From: Nitrosospira multiformis ATCC 25196
GTDB lineage: Bacteria > Pseudomonadota > Gammaproteobacteria > Burkholderiales > Nitrosomonadaceae
DNA: 32,000 nt
Direction of reading: 5' to 3'
NCBI RefSeq assembly: GCF_000196355.1
Contig: NC_007614.1
Location: 90,001-122,000 of the forward strand
Of this stretch, positions 9,069 to 19,711 are shown in pieces. Position 1 is the stretch's first letter, and each line of letters opens with the position of its first letter. A program made the position numbers and the translations under genes. The notes beneath the pieces were generated by a model. That model did no database searches. It was given only the letters and a program-made list of their open reading frames with translations, and had not been told where the DNA came from.

Positions 9069-11060
9069 ATGAATAATGTCTCCGCCAGCCGGCAGCAGGT
9101 TCGATCGGCATTATCTCCGGCAGCGACGCCCAGCGACGCGGAAATCCCTACAACATCTGGAAGACAGGACATGGCGGGCATCATTCCGGTGGAAACTGCG
9201 GGAACTCTGGATGGATTGTTCCGCGAGCGGGTGCGCCGCACGCCCGAAGCGATAGCCTATCGGGATTATGATCGATCGAGCGGCAAGTGGCGTGATCTTT
9301 CCTGGGCGCGAATGGATGAGCGCATTGCACACTGGGTGATTGCGCTATCGAAGGAAAAGCTTAAACCGGGTGACCGCGTCGGGATAATGTTAAGAAACTG
9401 CCCGGAATGGGTAATGTTCGAACAGGCTGCGCTGAGGCTTGGGCTGGTGGTAGTGCCGCTCTATCCCACTGATCGCCCGGATAATGCGGCTTATATCCTT
9501 CAGGATGCAGGCGTCAAGGTACTTCTGCTGGAGGAACTGGGGCAGTGGCTTGCTTTCTCGGAAGTGCGTGACCAGATGACAGGGCTTGTACGCGTCATCA
9601 TTATCCAGGGCAGCGTCAGGCAGGGTCATAGAGGAAACGAGCTCGTGCTTGCGCTGCATGACTGGCTGCCGGAGTGGTTCCCCGGCGAAAGACCGACCGA
9701 GTCGTTGCCAAGCGTGGAACCCCTCTATCAGCTTCCTGCGGAGCCGGAGCATCAGGCTCCGGAAGAAGTCCCGCCCAGCCGTGTCCTCGCACGTGACCCG
9801 CACCAGCTGGCTACCATCATTTATACATCGGGTACATCCGGGCATCCCAAGGGCGTGATGCTCAGCCATCATAATATACTGACCAATGCCCATAGCTGCC
9901 TGCAGGTCGTACCGATCGAAGAAAGCGACGTGCTGCTCTCCTTTTTACCGCTGTCCCACACATTTGAACGGACTGCCGGTTATTACGTGCCGATGATGCG
10001 GGGCTCGACAGTGGCGTATGCGCGCTCGATTCCCCAGTTGCAGGAGGATCTGCTGATCATCCGGCCGACCATCCTCGTTTCGGTGCCCCGAATATATGAG
10101 CGCGTATATGCCGGCATTCGCGCCAAGCTGGCGGAGGGGCCCCTGCTGAGCCGCAGGCTGTTCGACCTTGCAGTCGAGATCGGGTATAACCGGTTCGAGT
10201 ATCAGCAGGGGCGCGCCGAGAAGCATTTTTCCCATGCGCTGTGGCCGTTGCTGGAAATACTGGTGGCAAAGAAGGTGATGAGCAAACTGGGAGGGCGGCT
10301 GCGCGCAGCAATGAGCGGCGGAGCCGCATTATCGAGCGAGGTTTCCCGCATATTTATCGGCCTGGGCCTGCCCATCCTCCAGGGCTACGGTATGACGGAA
10401 AGCAGCCCGGTGGTTTGCTGCAATACGATCGAGGACAATGTTCCGGCGAGTGTCGGACGGCCTATTCCAGGGGTGGAAGTGAAGCTCGGCGAGCAGAATG
10501 CCTTGCTTATTCGCGGACCCAACGTCATGCTCGGCTACTGGAACAATGAGGAGGCCACGCGAGCGGTAATGACCCCGGACGGGTGGCTCAATTCGGGCGA
10601 TATCGCGGAAATCGATGAGGCCGGGCATATCGCCATTACCGGCCGGGTAAAGGAAATCATTGTCATGTCGACCGGGGAAAAGATTCCACCTGCCAACATG
10701 GAAGCGGCGATTCTACGCGATCCGTTATTTGAACAGGTCATGGTGGTTGGCGAGGGACGTCCTCATTTAGCGGTGCTGGCAGTTCTCAACTCCGGAAATT
10801 GGGAAAGCATGGCTGACGAATACCATCTCGACCGGAACTGGCGCCGTCTAGGGGGCGATCCGAAGTTCGAAGAAATCCTGCTGGAACGGATCGCTTATCA
10901 GATCAAAGGATTTCCGGGTTATGCCAAAATATATCGCATTGCCGTGGTGGCCGAGCCGTGGACAGTCGAGAATCAGATGTTGACCCCGACGTTGAAACTG
11001 CGGCGCACTTATGTGCAGAACCACTACAAAAGCGAGGTGGACAGGCTCTACACGAAGTAA
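9069..11060 (+). CDS. AMP-dependent long-chain fatty-acid--CoA ligase
   Basis: TIIYTSGTSGHPKGVMLSHHN (A3), GYGMTESSPV, GWLNSGDIAEID, GRVKEIIVMSTGEKIPP. Starts 7 nt after fadE. Confidence 0.93.
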   Translation: MNNVSASRQQVRSALSPAATPSDAEIPTTSGRQDMAGIIPVETAGTLDGLFRERVRRTPEAIAYRDYDRSSGKWRDLSWARMDERIAHWVIALSKEKLKPGDRVGIMLRNCPEWVMFEQAALRLGLVVVPLYPTDRPDNAAYILQDAGVKVLLLEELGQWLAFSEVRDQMTGLVRVIIIQGSVRQGHRGNELVLALHDWLPEWFPGERPTESLPSVEPLYQLPAEPEHQAPEEVPPSRVLARDPHQLATIIYTSGTSGHPKGVMLSHHNILTNAHSCLQVVPIEESDVLLSFLPLSHTFERTAGYYVPMMRGSTVAYARSIPQLQEDLLIIRPTILVSVPRIYERVYAGIRAKLAEGPLLSRRLFDLAVEIGYNRFEYQQGRAEKHFSHALWPLLEILVAKKVMSKLGGRLRAAMSGGAALSSEVSRIFIGLGLPILQGYGMTESSPVVCCNTIEDNVPASVGRPIPGVEVKLGEQNALLIRGPNVMLGYWNNEEATRAVMTPDGWLNSGDIAEIDEAGHIAITGRVKEIIVMSTGEKIPPANMEAAILRDPLFEQVMVVGEGRPHLAVLAVLNSGNWESMADEYHLDRNWRRLGGDPKFEEILLERIAYQIKGFPGYAKIYRIAVVAEPWTVENQMLTPTLKLRRTYVQNHYKSEVDRLYTK

Positions 11061-11125
11061 TGAGCAGATCATTCCCTGCAATGCCGAAAAATTCACGGTA
11101 GAGTGAACAGTTGAAATCATGAAAA

Positions 11126-11545
11126 ATGACAGACAGTGACACTGAATCTCAGGTATCGCTGCCTGAGGGTTCCGATCCGGTGCTGCGGCTGGTACCGATG
11201 CCTACGGATACGAATTATGCGGGAGACGTATTCGGGGGCTGGATCATGGCGCAAGTGGATATTGCCGGCAGCCTTCCCGCCATCCGCCGGGCTCGCGGTC
11301 GCGTCGTAACCGTGGCCGTGAATTCCTTCGTATTCAAGCAACCGGTATTCGTCGGCGATGTCGTAAGCTTCTATGCCGATATCGTCCGGATTGGACGGAC
11401 TTCCATCACGGTGGATGTGGTCGTGTATGCGCAGCGCGGATTACGGCAGGGCGACAAGGAAATATGCTATCGGGTGACGGAGGCGGTGCTAACCTATGTT
11501 GCGGTCGATGAGCATCGCAAGCCGCGCGTGGTTCCTCCCGGGTGA
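11126..11545 (+). CDS. Acyl-CoA thioesterase, hotdog fold (YciA-like)
   Basis: 139 aa; PTDTNYAGDVFGGWIMAQVDIAGSLPAIRRARGRVVTVAVNSFVFKQPVFVGDVVSFYADIVRIGRTSITVDVVVYA. Confidence 0.88.
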   Translation: MTDSDTESQVSLPEGSDPVLRLVPMPTDTNYAGDVFGGWIMAQVDIAGSLPAIRRARGRVVTVAVNSFVFKQPVFVGDVVSFYADIVRIGRTSITVDVVVYAQRGLRQGDKEICYRVTEAVLTYVAVDEHRKPRVVPPG

Positions 11546-11572
11546 TGTGGACATATCGTATTGGAGGCAAAA

Positions 11573-14125
11573 GTGAATAATTCTGGATTCACCGTGCGCA
11601 AGGCCGCCGTTCTCGGCGCAGGAGTCATGGGAGCGCAGATTGCAGCCCATCTGATCAATGCGAACGTTGAAACCCTCTTATTCGAGCTTTCCGCCGGAGA
11701 GGATCCCAATGCGAATGTAGTCAAGGCAATCGAAAATCTTAAAAAGCAGGAGCCCCAACCGCTGTCGAGCACAGCCAGAGGGACATTCATACAGCCAGCG
11801 AACTACGACCAGAACCTTGAACTGCTTGGGGAGTGCGATCTTGTAATCGAAGCAATTGCGGAGCGCATGGATCTGAAAACGGGGCTGTATGCAAAAATAG
11901 CGCCGTATCTGGGGGAACGCACAATTTTCGCCAGCAACACATCGGGGCTGTCCATCAATCAACTGGCGCAGGTGTTTCCTGAAACCCTGCGCCACCGTTT
12001 CTGCGGTATCCATTTTTTCAATCCGCCGCGCTACATGCACCTGGTGGAATTGATTCCCTGTACAACCAGTGATAGCGCCATGCTCGACGACCTGGAAGCT
12101 TTCCTGGTCACTTCCCTGGGCAAGGGTGTCGTCCGCGCGAAAGATACGCCCAATTTTATTGCCAACCGGATTGGTGTATTTTCCATGCTTGCCACCATGC
12201 ATCACGCAAGCGAGTTCGGGCTTGGATTCGATGTGGTGGACGCTTTGACCGGTTCCCTCATTGGGCGTCCGAAAAGTGCGACTTTCCGTACTGCCGACTT
12301 GGTGGGACTGGATATTCTTGCCCACGTGATCAATACCATGCGCGAAATGCTGCCGGATGACCCTTGGCACGAATACTATGCAGTGCCCCCCTGGTTGCAA
12401 GGCCTGATAGGCAAAGGCGCGCTCGGCCAGAAGACGAAGCGAGGGGTATATCAGAAAACAGGCAAGGATATTCACGTGCTGGATATTGCGCGAAACGAAT
12501 ACGTGCTCTCGGCGGGCAAGGCGGACCCTGACATAGCGGAGCTGCTCAAAGACAAAAGCCCTGCCGGTAAACTGGGAGCCCTACGCGCCAGTCCTCATCC
12601 GCAAGCTCAGTTCCTGTGGGCGGTGTTTCGCGACCTGTTTCATTACTGTGCGGTCCATCTCGAGGAAATAGCGGACAATGCCCGTGACCTCGATTTTGCC
12701 ATGCGCTGGGGCTTCGGCTGGACCCAGGGTCCGTTTGAAACCTGGCAGGCCGCCGGATGGGGCGAGATCAGCGGATGGATCAGCGAAGATATTGCTGCTG
12801 GAAAGAGTATGAGCAATGTTTCGCTGCCCGAGTGGGTACACGAATTGGGGCAAAGTCCGGCGCAGGCAGTCAACCCGGACATACAGGGAGTACACAGGAA
12901 GCCCGGTTCTTACGCGCCTTCGAGCAAGAGTTTTCGGCTACGCTCCTTGCTACCGGTATACCGGCGGCAACTGTTTCCCGACCGGCTGCTGAGCGAAGAA
13001 CCCCAATACGGCCAGACCGTATTTGAAACCCAGGCGGTGCGGATGTGGAGCATGCCGGAAAAGGCTGAAGCAGGGGGTCGCACGGAAAAGGGCGACGACG
13101 GCATTGCCATACTCAGCTTCAAGAGCAAGATGCACACTATCGGTAGTGACGTGCTGGATGGAATTCAACAGGCGATAGACGAAGCTGAACGTAACTGGCG
13201 TGCCCTGATAATCTGGCAGACCGAGCCCCCCTTTTCTGCTGGCGCCAACCTGAAGAAGGCAACCGAGCGCTTGAAGAACGAAGAACCTCCTTCAGCTCTC
13301 AACGTACTGGCGAAGAAATTCAAGAAAACGGCGCAATCCGCCGTACTCAAGGCTGCGCGCAAGCTCAATCTTGCGGATGCCCTGATGGCGGGAAAGCTGG
13401 CGGAAGTGGAAGCGATGATTGCGCAATTCCAGCAGACTTCGCAGGCGTTGCGCTATTCGATGATTCCAACGGTTGCAGCCGTGGATGGCCTTGCGCTGGG
13501 CGGCGGATGCGAATTCGTCATGCATTGTGACCGTGCGGTCGCTACCTTAGAGAGTTATATCGGACTGGTGGAAGCGGGCGTCGGATTGCTGCCAGCGGGA
13601 GGAGGCTGCAAGGAGCTGGCGCTGCGCGCAGCGCAGAAGGCGAAAGACGGCGATCCTTTTCCCGTACTGAAAAATTACTTTCAAAGCGTGGCCACGGCGC
13701 AAGTGTCGAAAAGTGCGGAGGAAGCCAAGGAGCTGGGATATCTGCGGCGTGCCGACGAAATCGTGATGAACCGGTTTGAACTGCTTTATATTGCCAAGGC
13801 GCTTGCGGTGGCAATGGCGGAGGCGGGCTATCGCCCTCCGCTGAGAGCGCGCCGTATCCCGGTTGCCGGCGCAACCGGCATCGCGAACATCAAAGGCATG
13901 CTGGTTAACATGCATGAAGGCAATTTCATCTCGGATCATGACTTTCTGGTTGGCACCAAGATTGCCTCGGTGATGTGCGGGGGCGAACTCACTCCCGGAA
14001 GCCTGGTCGATGAGGAATGGTTCCTGGAACTCGAACGGGATGCGTTTATCGAACTGCTGGCAACCGAAAAGACCCAGGCACGCATCGAGCATACCTTGAA
14101 AACAGGAAAACCCCTCAGGAACTGA
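11573..14125 (+). CDS. 3-hydroxyacyl-CoA dehydrogenase / enoyl-CoA hydratase fusion, FadN-type domain order (HAD N-terminal, ECH C-terminal)
   Basis: KAAVLGAGVMGAQIAAHLINANVE (NAD-binding), FCGIHFFNPPRYMHLVELIP, then IPTVAAVDGLALGGGCEFVMHCDRAVA (crotonase). GTG start at 11573 with a GGAGG Shine-Dalgarno at 11563-11567. Confidence 0.9.
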   Translation: MNNSGFTVRKAAVLGAGVMGAQIAAHLINANVETLLFELSAGEDPNANVVKAIENLKKQEPQPLSSTARGTFIQPANYDQNLELLGECDLVIEAIAERMDLKTGLYAKIAPYLGERTIFASNTSGLSINQLAQVFPETLRHRFCGIHFFNPPRYMHLVELIPCTTSDSAMLDDLEAFLVTSLGKGVVRAKDTPNFIANRIGVFSMLATMHHASEFGLGFDVVDALTGSLIGRPKSATFRTADLVGLDILAHVINTMREMLPDDPWHEYYAVPPWLQGLIGKGALGQKTKRGVYQKTGKDIHVLDIARNEYVLSAGKADPDIAELLKDKSPAGKLGALRASPHPQAQFLWAVFRDLFHYCAVHLEEIADNARDLDFAMRWGFGWTQGPFETWQAAGWGEISGWISEDIAAGKSMSNVSLPEWVHELGQSPAQAVNPDIQGVHRKPGSYAPSSKSFRLRSLLPVYRRQLFPDRLLSEEPQYGQTVFETQAVRMWSMPEKAEAGGRTEKGDDGIAILSFKSKMHTIGSDVLDGIQQAIDEAERNWRALIIWQTEPPFSAGANLKKATERLKNEEPPSALNVLAKKFKKTAQSAVLKAARKLNLADALMAGKLAEVEAMIAQFQQTSQALRYSMIPTVAAVDGLALGGGCEFVMHCDRAVATLESYIGLVEAGVGLLPAGGGCKELALRAAQKAKDGDPFPVLKNYFQSVATAQVSKSAEEAKELGYLRRADEIVMNRFELLYIAKALAVAMAEAGYRPPLRARRIPVAGATGIANIKGMLVNMHEGNFISDHDFLVGTKIASVMCGGELTPGSLVDEEWFLELERDAFIELLATEKTQARIEHTLKTGKPLRN

Positions 14126-14285
14126 GGAAAGCTCGCAACTTAACGACTTACAGCTGATCAAAAAGAACAACGCAGATAAGAACGAAAAAGGCAACGAAAG
14201 CAGTTCTCAGTAGTGCGGCAGGGAAGCCGAGGGCGGTCAAAGCCATCATCGTTTTTATTGTGAATCAGCGTAAAGGAAATTCATC

Positions 14286-15488
14286 ATGACAACGAAGCAA
14301 ACCAGCGAGGCTTACATTGTATCTGCCGTCCGCACACCGGTAGGCAAGGCGCCGCGCGGAATGTTCAAGACCGTGCGCCCCGACGACATGCTCGCCCACG
14401 TATTGAAGACTGCCGTTAATCAGTGCGAAGGCCTTGACCCTGCTGCCATCGAGGATGTGATAGCAGGTTGCGCCATGCCGGAGGCGGAGCAGGGATTGAA
14501 CGTCGCACGCATCTCGCTCCTGCTGGCGGGGTTGCCGAACAGCGTGCCCGGAATGACAGTGAACCGTTTCTGTGCATCGGGATTGCAGACCGTGGCGCTT
14601 GCCGCCGACCGTATCCGGTTGGGAGAGGCCGATGTGATCATAGCGGCCGGCACCGAGAGCATGAGCATGGTACCTATGTCAGGCAACAAGCCGGCTTTGG
14701 ATCCGGCCATATTCCTGCGCGATGAAAACGTGGCGATCGCCTATGGCATGGGTATTACCGGGGAAAAAGTCGCGCAGCGGTGGCAAGTCAGCCGCGAGGC
14801 TCAGGACGAGTTTGCGACGACGAGCCACACAAGGGCGCTGAAAGCAATCGAGACGGGGGAATTCGAGCAGGAAATTGCCCCCTATACCGTAGTGGAAAAG
14901 CGACCCGATATTGCTTCCCATGAAATACGCGATGTGGCAGTGGTTCGGGATACCGATGAAGGCCCCCGACCGGGTACGAACCCGGAAGTTCTTTCCAGGC
15001 TCAAGCCGGTGTTTGCAGCCCATGGTACGGTGACAGCGGGTAACAGTTCGCAGATGTCCGATGGCGCAGGTGCGGTGGTGCTGGCAAGCGAAGGCGCATT
15101 GAAGCGGTTCAACCTGACCCCGATGGGGCGCTTTCTCGGCTATTCGGTAGCGGGGGTGCCCCCGGAAATCATGGGCATCGGTCCAGTGAAGGCAATACCG
15201 AAGGTACTGAAGCAGGTAGGCCTGAAACAGGACGATCTCGACTGGATCGAGCTGAACGAGGCTTTTGCCGCACAAAGCCTTGCAGTCATCAATGATCTCG
15301 GATTGGACCGGCAGAAGGTTAATCCACTCGGGGGAGCCATTGCGCTCGGCCATCCGTTGGGCGCCACCGGTGCCATTCGCGTTGCGACGCTGCTGCATGG
15401 CTTGCGCCGGCACCATCAGAAGTATGGCATGGTGACCATGTGCGTGGGCACCGGAATGGGTGCAGCAGGGGTGTTCGAAGCCATGTAA
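14286..15488 (+). CDS. Acetyl-CoA C-acyltransferase (thiolase)
   Basis: [42 protein letters not shown]-like, [41 protein letters not shown]. Confidence 0.93.
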   Translation: MTTKQTSEAYIVSAVRTPVGKAPRGMFKTVRPDDMLAHVLKTAVNQCEGLDPAAIEDVIAGCAMPEAEQGLNVARISLLLAGLPNSVPGMTVNRFCASGLQTVALAADRIRLGEADVIIAAGTESMSMVPMSGNKPALDPAIFLRDENVAIAYGMGITGEKVAQRWQVSREAQDEFATTSHTRALKAIETGEFEQEIAPYTVVEKRPDIASHEIRDVAVVRDTDEGPRPGTNPEVLSRLKPVFAAHGTVTAGNSSQMSDGAGAVVLASEGALKRFNLTPMGRFLGYSVAGVPPEIMGIGPVKAIPKVLKQVGLKQDDLDWIELNEAFAAQSLAVINDLGLDRQKVNPLGGAIALGHPLGATGAIRVATLLHGLRRHHQKYGMVTMCVGTGMGAAGVFEAM

Positions 15489-15584
15489 CGTGTTTCAACC
15501 GCTTTCGGTCGCTTCTTCCCGCCGTACTGGAAATTTACGGACGGGGGGTGCCCGGAAAAGCTTCCAGGCTCCCGGGCGGGATGT

Positions 15585-15773
15585 CTATTTTCCGAAATAG
15601 ACGTAAGCCTTTTGCGGCACCGCGGATTCCTTGAAACGCCGGCGCTCTTCCGGGTCCAGCTTTTTGTCCCACCAGATTGCGCGCGCTTCCCTCTGGTCCT
15701 CCGGCAATTTCGGATTTTTCTCGAACAGTTCACGCATGAACCGGGTGTGATCGGATTCGTAAAATTTCGCCAT
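15585..15773 (-). CDS. DUF3460 family protein
   Basis: 62 aa, YESDHTRFMRELFEKNPKLPEDQREARAIWWDKKLDPEERRRFKES, typical small DUF3460 protein of Betaproteobacteria. Confidence 0.85.
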   Translation of the reverse strand: MAKFYESDHTRFMRELFEKNPKLPEDQREARAIWWDKKLDPEERRRFKESAVPQKAYVYFGK

Positions 15774-16447
15774 GGTCCTTCCTTACTTTTTTCTTCCATT
15801 CTCCAGTTACAACTCCCTGAAAACTTTACCACAAATCCCGCTGCTTCGCATCAGGGAAGATCTATGTGAGACGGGGAAAATGCGATGATAAATGGCAGGA
15901 TCGCTATTACAGCTACGCCTACCTTTCTCGCTATTCACAGGCCAGGACAGGATATACCCGTAACCCTGATCAGAAACTGCTGCCGCCTTTATATAAAGGC
16001 TGTAACAAATCCCCGGTACTGTATGCAAGGCAAGTCTCATTACATAGGAGTGATCCATGTTTGAATGCGCGTGTATATGTGAGCCAAAGAGGGCTACATC
16101 ACGCGCATGGGATAAAGCTATTTCCAATCTGGCCTCCGATCCTCGGGAAACCTACGGTTCTTTAGCCCCTTACGTGCACGAAGAAGAACTCGCGGTTTTC
16201 CTGAATTCGTAGTGCTTTGGGAAAACAGTACCGGACCAAGCGTGGGCATAGCCCCTTGATCCTCATTCTCACCCTTCTGGTAGTACCCTGCCCTCCGCCT
16301 TATCGGTGTGTTAGAGCAAAAGCTGCCTAGATAACGACTTGACTTACAGCCAGGTAATGCCGATTCCTGCCCGTTCTGATGGAAGAGGCGGTGAACAAGC
16401 ACCAATTTGTGCTCGACCCGTTATGAGTCACTTGGAGGAAATGAAAA

Positions 16448-16771
16448 ATGACATCCGATAGTTCCCGTTTTGCTGTGGGCATATTCATAGCGCTGGTGAG
16501 CCTGGCTGCCTGCGCCACTCTGAATAATTTCCCCGATCGTCCTGCTGCCGGCGCTGCCGGGCAGTTATATGAGGAATTGAATGCTTTTGCCTCCCGCTGG
16601 AAAGCCCACGTCGGCCTGAATATCAAGGTTGAGCCGGCGAGGAATAAGTCGGGCAAGCCCGTGCGGGTTACGCTCCAGGGTCTCGACGTTCCTGCTCTTG
16701 CACTGCCCTGCGACGCGGACAAGCTGCATGACAAGGAAATATTTATTACGCCGACTTCCGCCAGCTTTTAG
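16448..16771 (+). CDS. Putative lipoprotein, probably frameshifted near its 3' end (see finding)
   Basis: 107 aa with signal peptide and lipobox ([10 protein letters not shown]). Downstream sequence in another frame (to TAA 16867-16869) looks like the missing C-terminus. Confidence 0.6.
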   Translation: MTSDSSRFAVGIFIALVSLAACATLNNFPDRPAAGAAGQLYEELNAFASRWKAHVGLNIKVEPARNKSGKPVRVTLQGLDVPALALPCDADKLHDKEIFITPTSASF

Positions 16772-17116
16772 CGCAGGATTTTCGGAATGAATCTTATCCT
16801 TCGGCCTATACCTCGACCATCGTGTTTCCGGTAAGGAAAGGCAATCCCAAAGAACTCAAGGACTGGTAAAACCAAGCGGTATTGCCACGAACATACGCAT
16901 GTGCTGACCGGTCATTTTCAGATTACCCCTTTCACTCAGCAAGGCATTCCTTTCCTGGGAATCCCGTATTCCCGTCTTTTCCTTCATAAATGAAAACTCA
17001 TATATAGTAGTTGGCGATTTCTACGGTTTTAGCTGACGCGAAGATTAAAGCAGGCTTAACTAAACAACCGTGCGGAGCCACGCATAGGAATACCAAGAAG
17101 TCGATAGGAGCGAATC

Positions 17117-17935
17117 ATGAACCAGGGGATTGCATTGGTAACTGGCGCATCCAGCGGTATCGGAAGAGCAACAGCGGAGCTTCTTGCTCAAAATGGATAT
17201 TATGTATTTGCCATAGCGCGGCGGAAGTACAGACTCGAACAGATCCGCTCTGAGCGGATTGAACCAATTATCCTGGATGTTACGGATGATGAAGCTGTTC
17301 GAAAGGCCATAGGGTACGTTATATCGACCAAGAGCCGGATCGACCTGCTGGTAAATAATGCTGGGATTAGCCAACTTGGGGCGGTGGAGTGCGTTCCCCT
17401 GGAAGCTGCCCGCTATCAACTCGAAGTCAATCTTTTCGGCTATGCCCGGTTTATGCAGGCAGTGCTGCCGCACATGAGAAACCAAAAATCGGGCTGTATC
17501 GTCAACATTGTTTCGGTGTTGAGCAGGATATCCGTACCCGGTTTTGGTTGGTATTCGGCGTCAAAATATGCTATTGAAGCGCTAACCGATGCAGTCCGGG
17601 GAGAGGTCATGGAGTTTGGAATCGATGTGGTGCTGATTGCACCTGGCTTGATTAAGACGGAGTTTGTTCCCAAAGAGTTCAGATTGCTGGAGACCATCTC
17701 TCATCCTCCTGAGTACAAAAATCTTCTCTCAGGCATGCGAAACCTCGTAGCTGACGAGCCCGAGGCGCCTGGGCCCGAGCTCATTGCAAAGGCCGTACTG
17801 GACGCTGCCACCGCGTCCCCTCCTGTAAGACATGCGCTGCCCCTGGATTCCAAGATGTCCGTTATTGCGAGATGGCTATTAGGCGCGCGAATCTTCGCCT
17901 GGGCGGTAAGGCTTCAGATGAAGTTTTCGAGATAA
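17117..17935 (+). CDS. SDR family NAD(P)-dependent oxidoreductase
   Basis: GIALVTGASSGIGRATAELL (TGxxxGIG), DLLVNNAGIS, S...YSASKYAIEAL (YxxxK), PGLIKTEF. Confidence 0.92.
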   Translation: MNQGIALVTGASSGIGRATAELLAQNGYYVFAIARRKYRLEQIRSERIEPIILDVTDDEAVRKAIGYVISTKSRIDLLVNNAGISQLGAVECVPLEAARYQLEVNLFGYARFMQAVLPHMRNQKSGCIVNIVSVLSRISVPGFGWYSASKYAIEALTDAVRGEVMEFGIDVVLIAPGLIKTEFVPKEFRLLETISHPPEYKNLLSGMRNLVADEPEAPGPELIAKAVLDAATASPPVRHALPLDSKMSVIARWLLGARIFAWAVRLQMKFSR

Positions 17936-18091
17936 GAAACTGCTTTAACAACTGGAAGTCCCGGACGCTCATTGTTGTTGAAGGCATCCCTATTACTCAC
18001 TAACAGTCACTACAACCAATCAAGAATGGCGACCATGCTTTAACCGTCCTTTATCCATGCCTCTCCGGGGATCAGGAAATGCCATCCAGGT

Positions 18092-18877
18092 TTAAAAAGG
18101 TCTGCGATGGGGTAGTTTTTGAGCGAACTTTGAGAATGGCAGGGAAAATTCTTTTTCCAGCATCTTTGCCGTTGCTGGCAGTTCTTCCCAGGCGGCCCTT
18201 GTCGGCGCATGCTTGAAAGCGAACACGATCAGATTGCCGTAAGGCTCTGCCAGTATGGTGGTTATACGCCCAGCGAAACTGTTTTCAAGACGCGCGAGAT
18301 ATTCATGAACTCTTCCGTCGCGGCTGAGCAGGTTGACAACCAGCACGCCATTTCTCGTCAATGCTTCACTTGCCTGATCATAAAAAGCCTGCGTGCATAG
18401 AGAAGCTACTTGCCTGCCATCGTCGAAACCATCGACCATCAGAATGTCCGTGCTGTCTGGATGGGCAGCAATGTATTCACTGCCTTCCGCGATCAGCACC
18501 TCCAGGCGCTCGTCGTCAGCCGGCACATAGAATTGACTGCGCGCGACCGCAACCACCTGGGGGTTGATTTCGATCACGGTCGTATTAACCGTTGGCAGTT
18601 GCCAGTAAACAAATTTCGTCAGCGAGCCCCCTCCCAACCCGATCATGAGAACATTTTTGGGTCGTGGGCAAAACAGCAGAAAACACATCATGCATTGGGT
18701 ATAGGCAAGCTGCAATTCATTCGGGGCAGCGATGCGCATTGCGCTCTGGACCATGCTGCTTCCCAGATGAAGTGAGCGGATACCGTACTCTTCACTTAGG
18801 TGAACGAGTGCCGGGTCTGCGAGGGCTGGATTTCTGCTGGCGTTTGCCTGCCGTCCGCGTTTCAGAAATCGATTCAT
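18092..18877 (-). CDS. Spermidine synthase-like / fused-MFS-type methyltransferase domain protein
   Basis: NVLMIGLGGGSLTKFVYWQLPTVNTTVIEINPQVVAVARSQF... DILMVDGFDDG, the class I MTase/aminopropyltransferase motif set. Confidence 0.8.
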   Translation of the reverse strand: MNRFLKRGRQANASRNPALADPALVHLSEEYGIRSLHLGSSMVQSAMRIAAPNELQLAYTQCMMCFLLFCPRPKNVLMIGLGGGSLTKFVYWQLPTVNTTVIEINPQVVAVARSQFYVPADDERLEVLIAEGSEYIAAHPDSTDILMVDGFDDGRQVASLCTQAFYDQASEALTRNGVLVVNLLSRDGRVHEYLARLENSFAGRITTILAEPYGNLIVFAFKHAPTRAAWEELPATAKMLEKEFSLPFSKFAQKLPHRRPF

Positions 18878-19024
18878 GAAAGGAGCCTTTCCTTATCCCG
18901 TTGCTGTTGCCTCTGCCGTTGCCACGGACAAGCTTTACAAGCTGTTCTTTTTGGCCTAGGTTTAGATTGGGCGGATATTGGCATGATGTAATTCAGCCGG
19001 GGTTCCTGTCGAAGGGGAGGAGTT

Positions 19025-19534
19025 TTGCAGCCAGGCATCAAACGGATCACGGTTCTGGTTTTTTCTTTGGGCGGGACCCTGCTGGCGGCGTGCGCTGGCC
19101 TCGGCTGGGAAGAGTCCGCGTTTACTCATGGAGGAAAGGTCAGCGGAAATCTCGCTGCACTTGCCCGCTGCACCGTCGACCAGCTTCAATCCGATAGTCG
19201 ATGGATGATCCGCACCCTGCAATATCAGGTTTTCAGCTACCGGGATATTGCTGCAATGGAAATCTACGCCTATCCTGAAGGTGCACTCGCAGGCACCTAT
19301 GCGCGCAACTCGCCTTCCAATCCCGATGCAGTGATCAGCTACGGCCCGCCCACTCCCCTGATCCATCCCGGCAAACCCGGCAGCAATGCTGACAAGGAAG
19401 TGGATCCCGATTATTCTTTCGTCCTCACCTTGAAACGAACGGATAATGCTACGGCATTTGCCACCGTCAGTGGGAGGAAATATGAAAGCCGGATTGCGTG
19501 GGAGACGCTGGAAGCCTGCGCGGGTCCCGAATAA
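19025..19534 (+). CDS. Hypothetical lipoprotein
   Basis: 169 aa with N-terminal hydrophobic segment and lipobox LLAACAG. No domain recognised. Confidence 0.6.
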   Translation: MQPGIKRITVLVFSLGGTLLAACAGLGWEESAFTHGGKVSGNLAALARCTVDQLQSDSRWMIRTLQYQVFSYRDIAAMEIYAYPEGALAGTYARNSPSNPDAVISYGPPTPLIHPGKPGSNADKEVDPDYSFVLTLKRTDNATAFATVSGRKYESRIAWETLEACAGPE

Positions 19535-19711
19535 CTCCTGCTGAAAAAGCTGGAGGATGGCTGCATAAAAACATAAACCGGCTTTTTTGATTTTTCCCTC
19601 GAAACGCGCATAAGAAAAAAACAACCTCGCGAATGAAAATTGCGGATGCCGCAACACCTGTAACTTCAGGGGCGCGCCGGGTAGAATGCGCGGGCAATAT
19701 GGAATCGGGAA

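Noticed and set aside
13547-15416. 215-aa and 245-aa minus-strand ORFs opposite the HAD/ECH and thiolase genes
   Set aside because: Explained by antisense open frames of well-supported genes.
15807-16127. 106-aa minus-strand ORF
   Set aside because: Composition and lack of any motif or start signal argue against coding.
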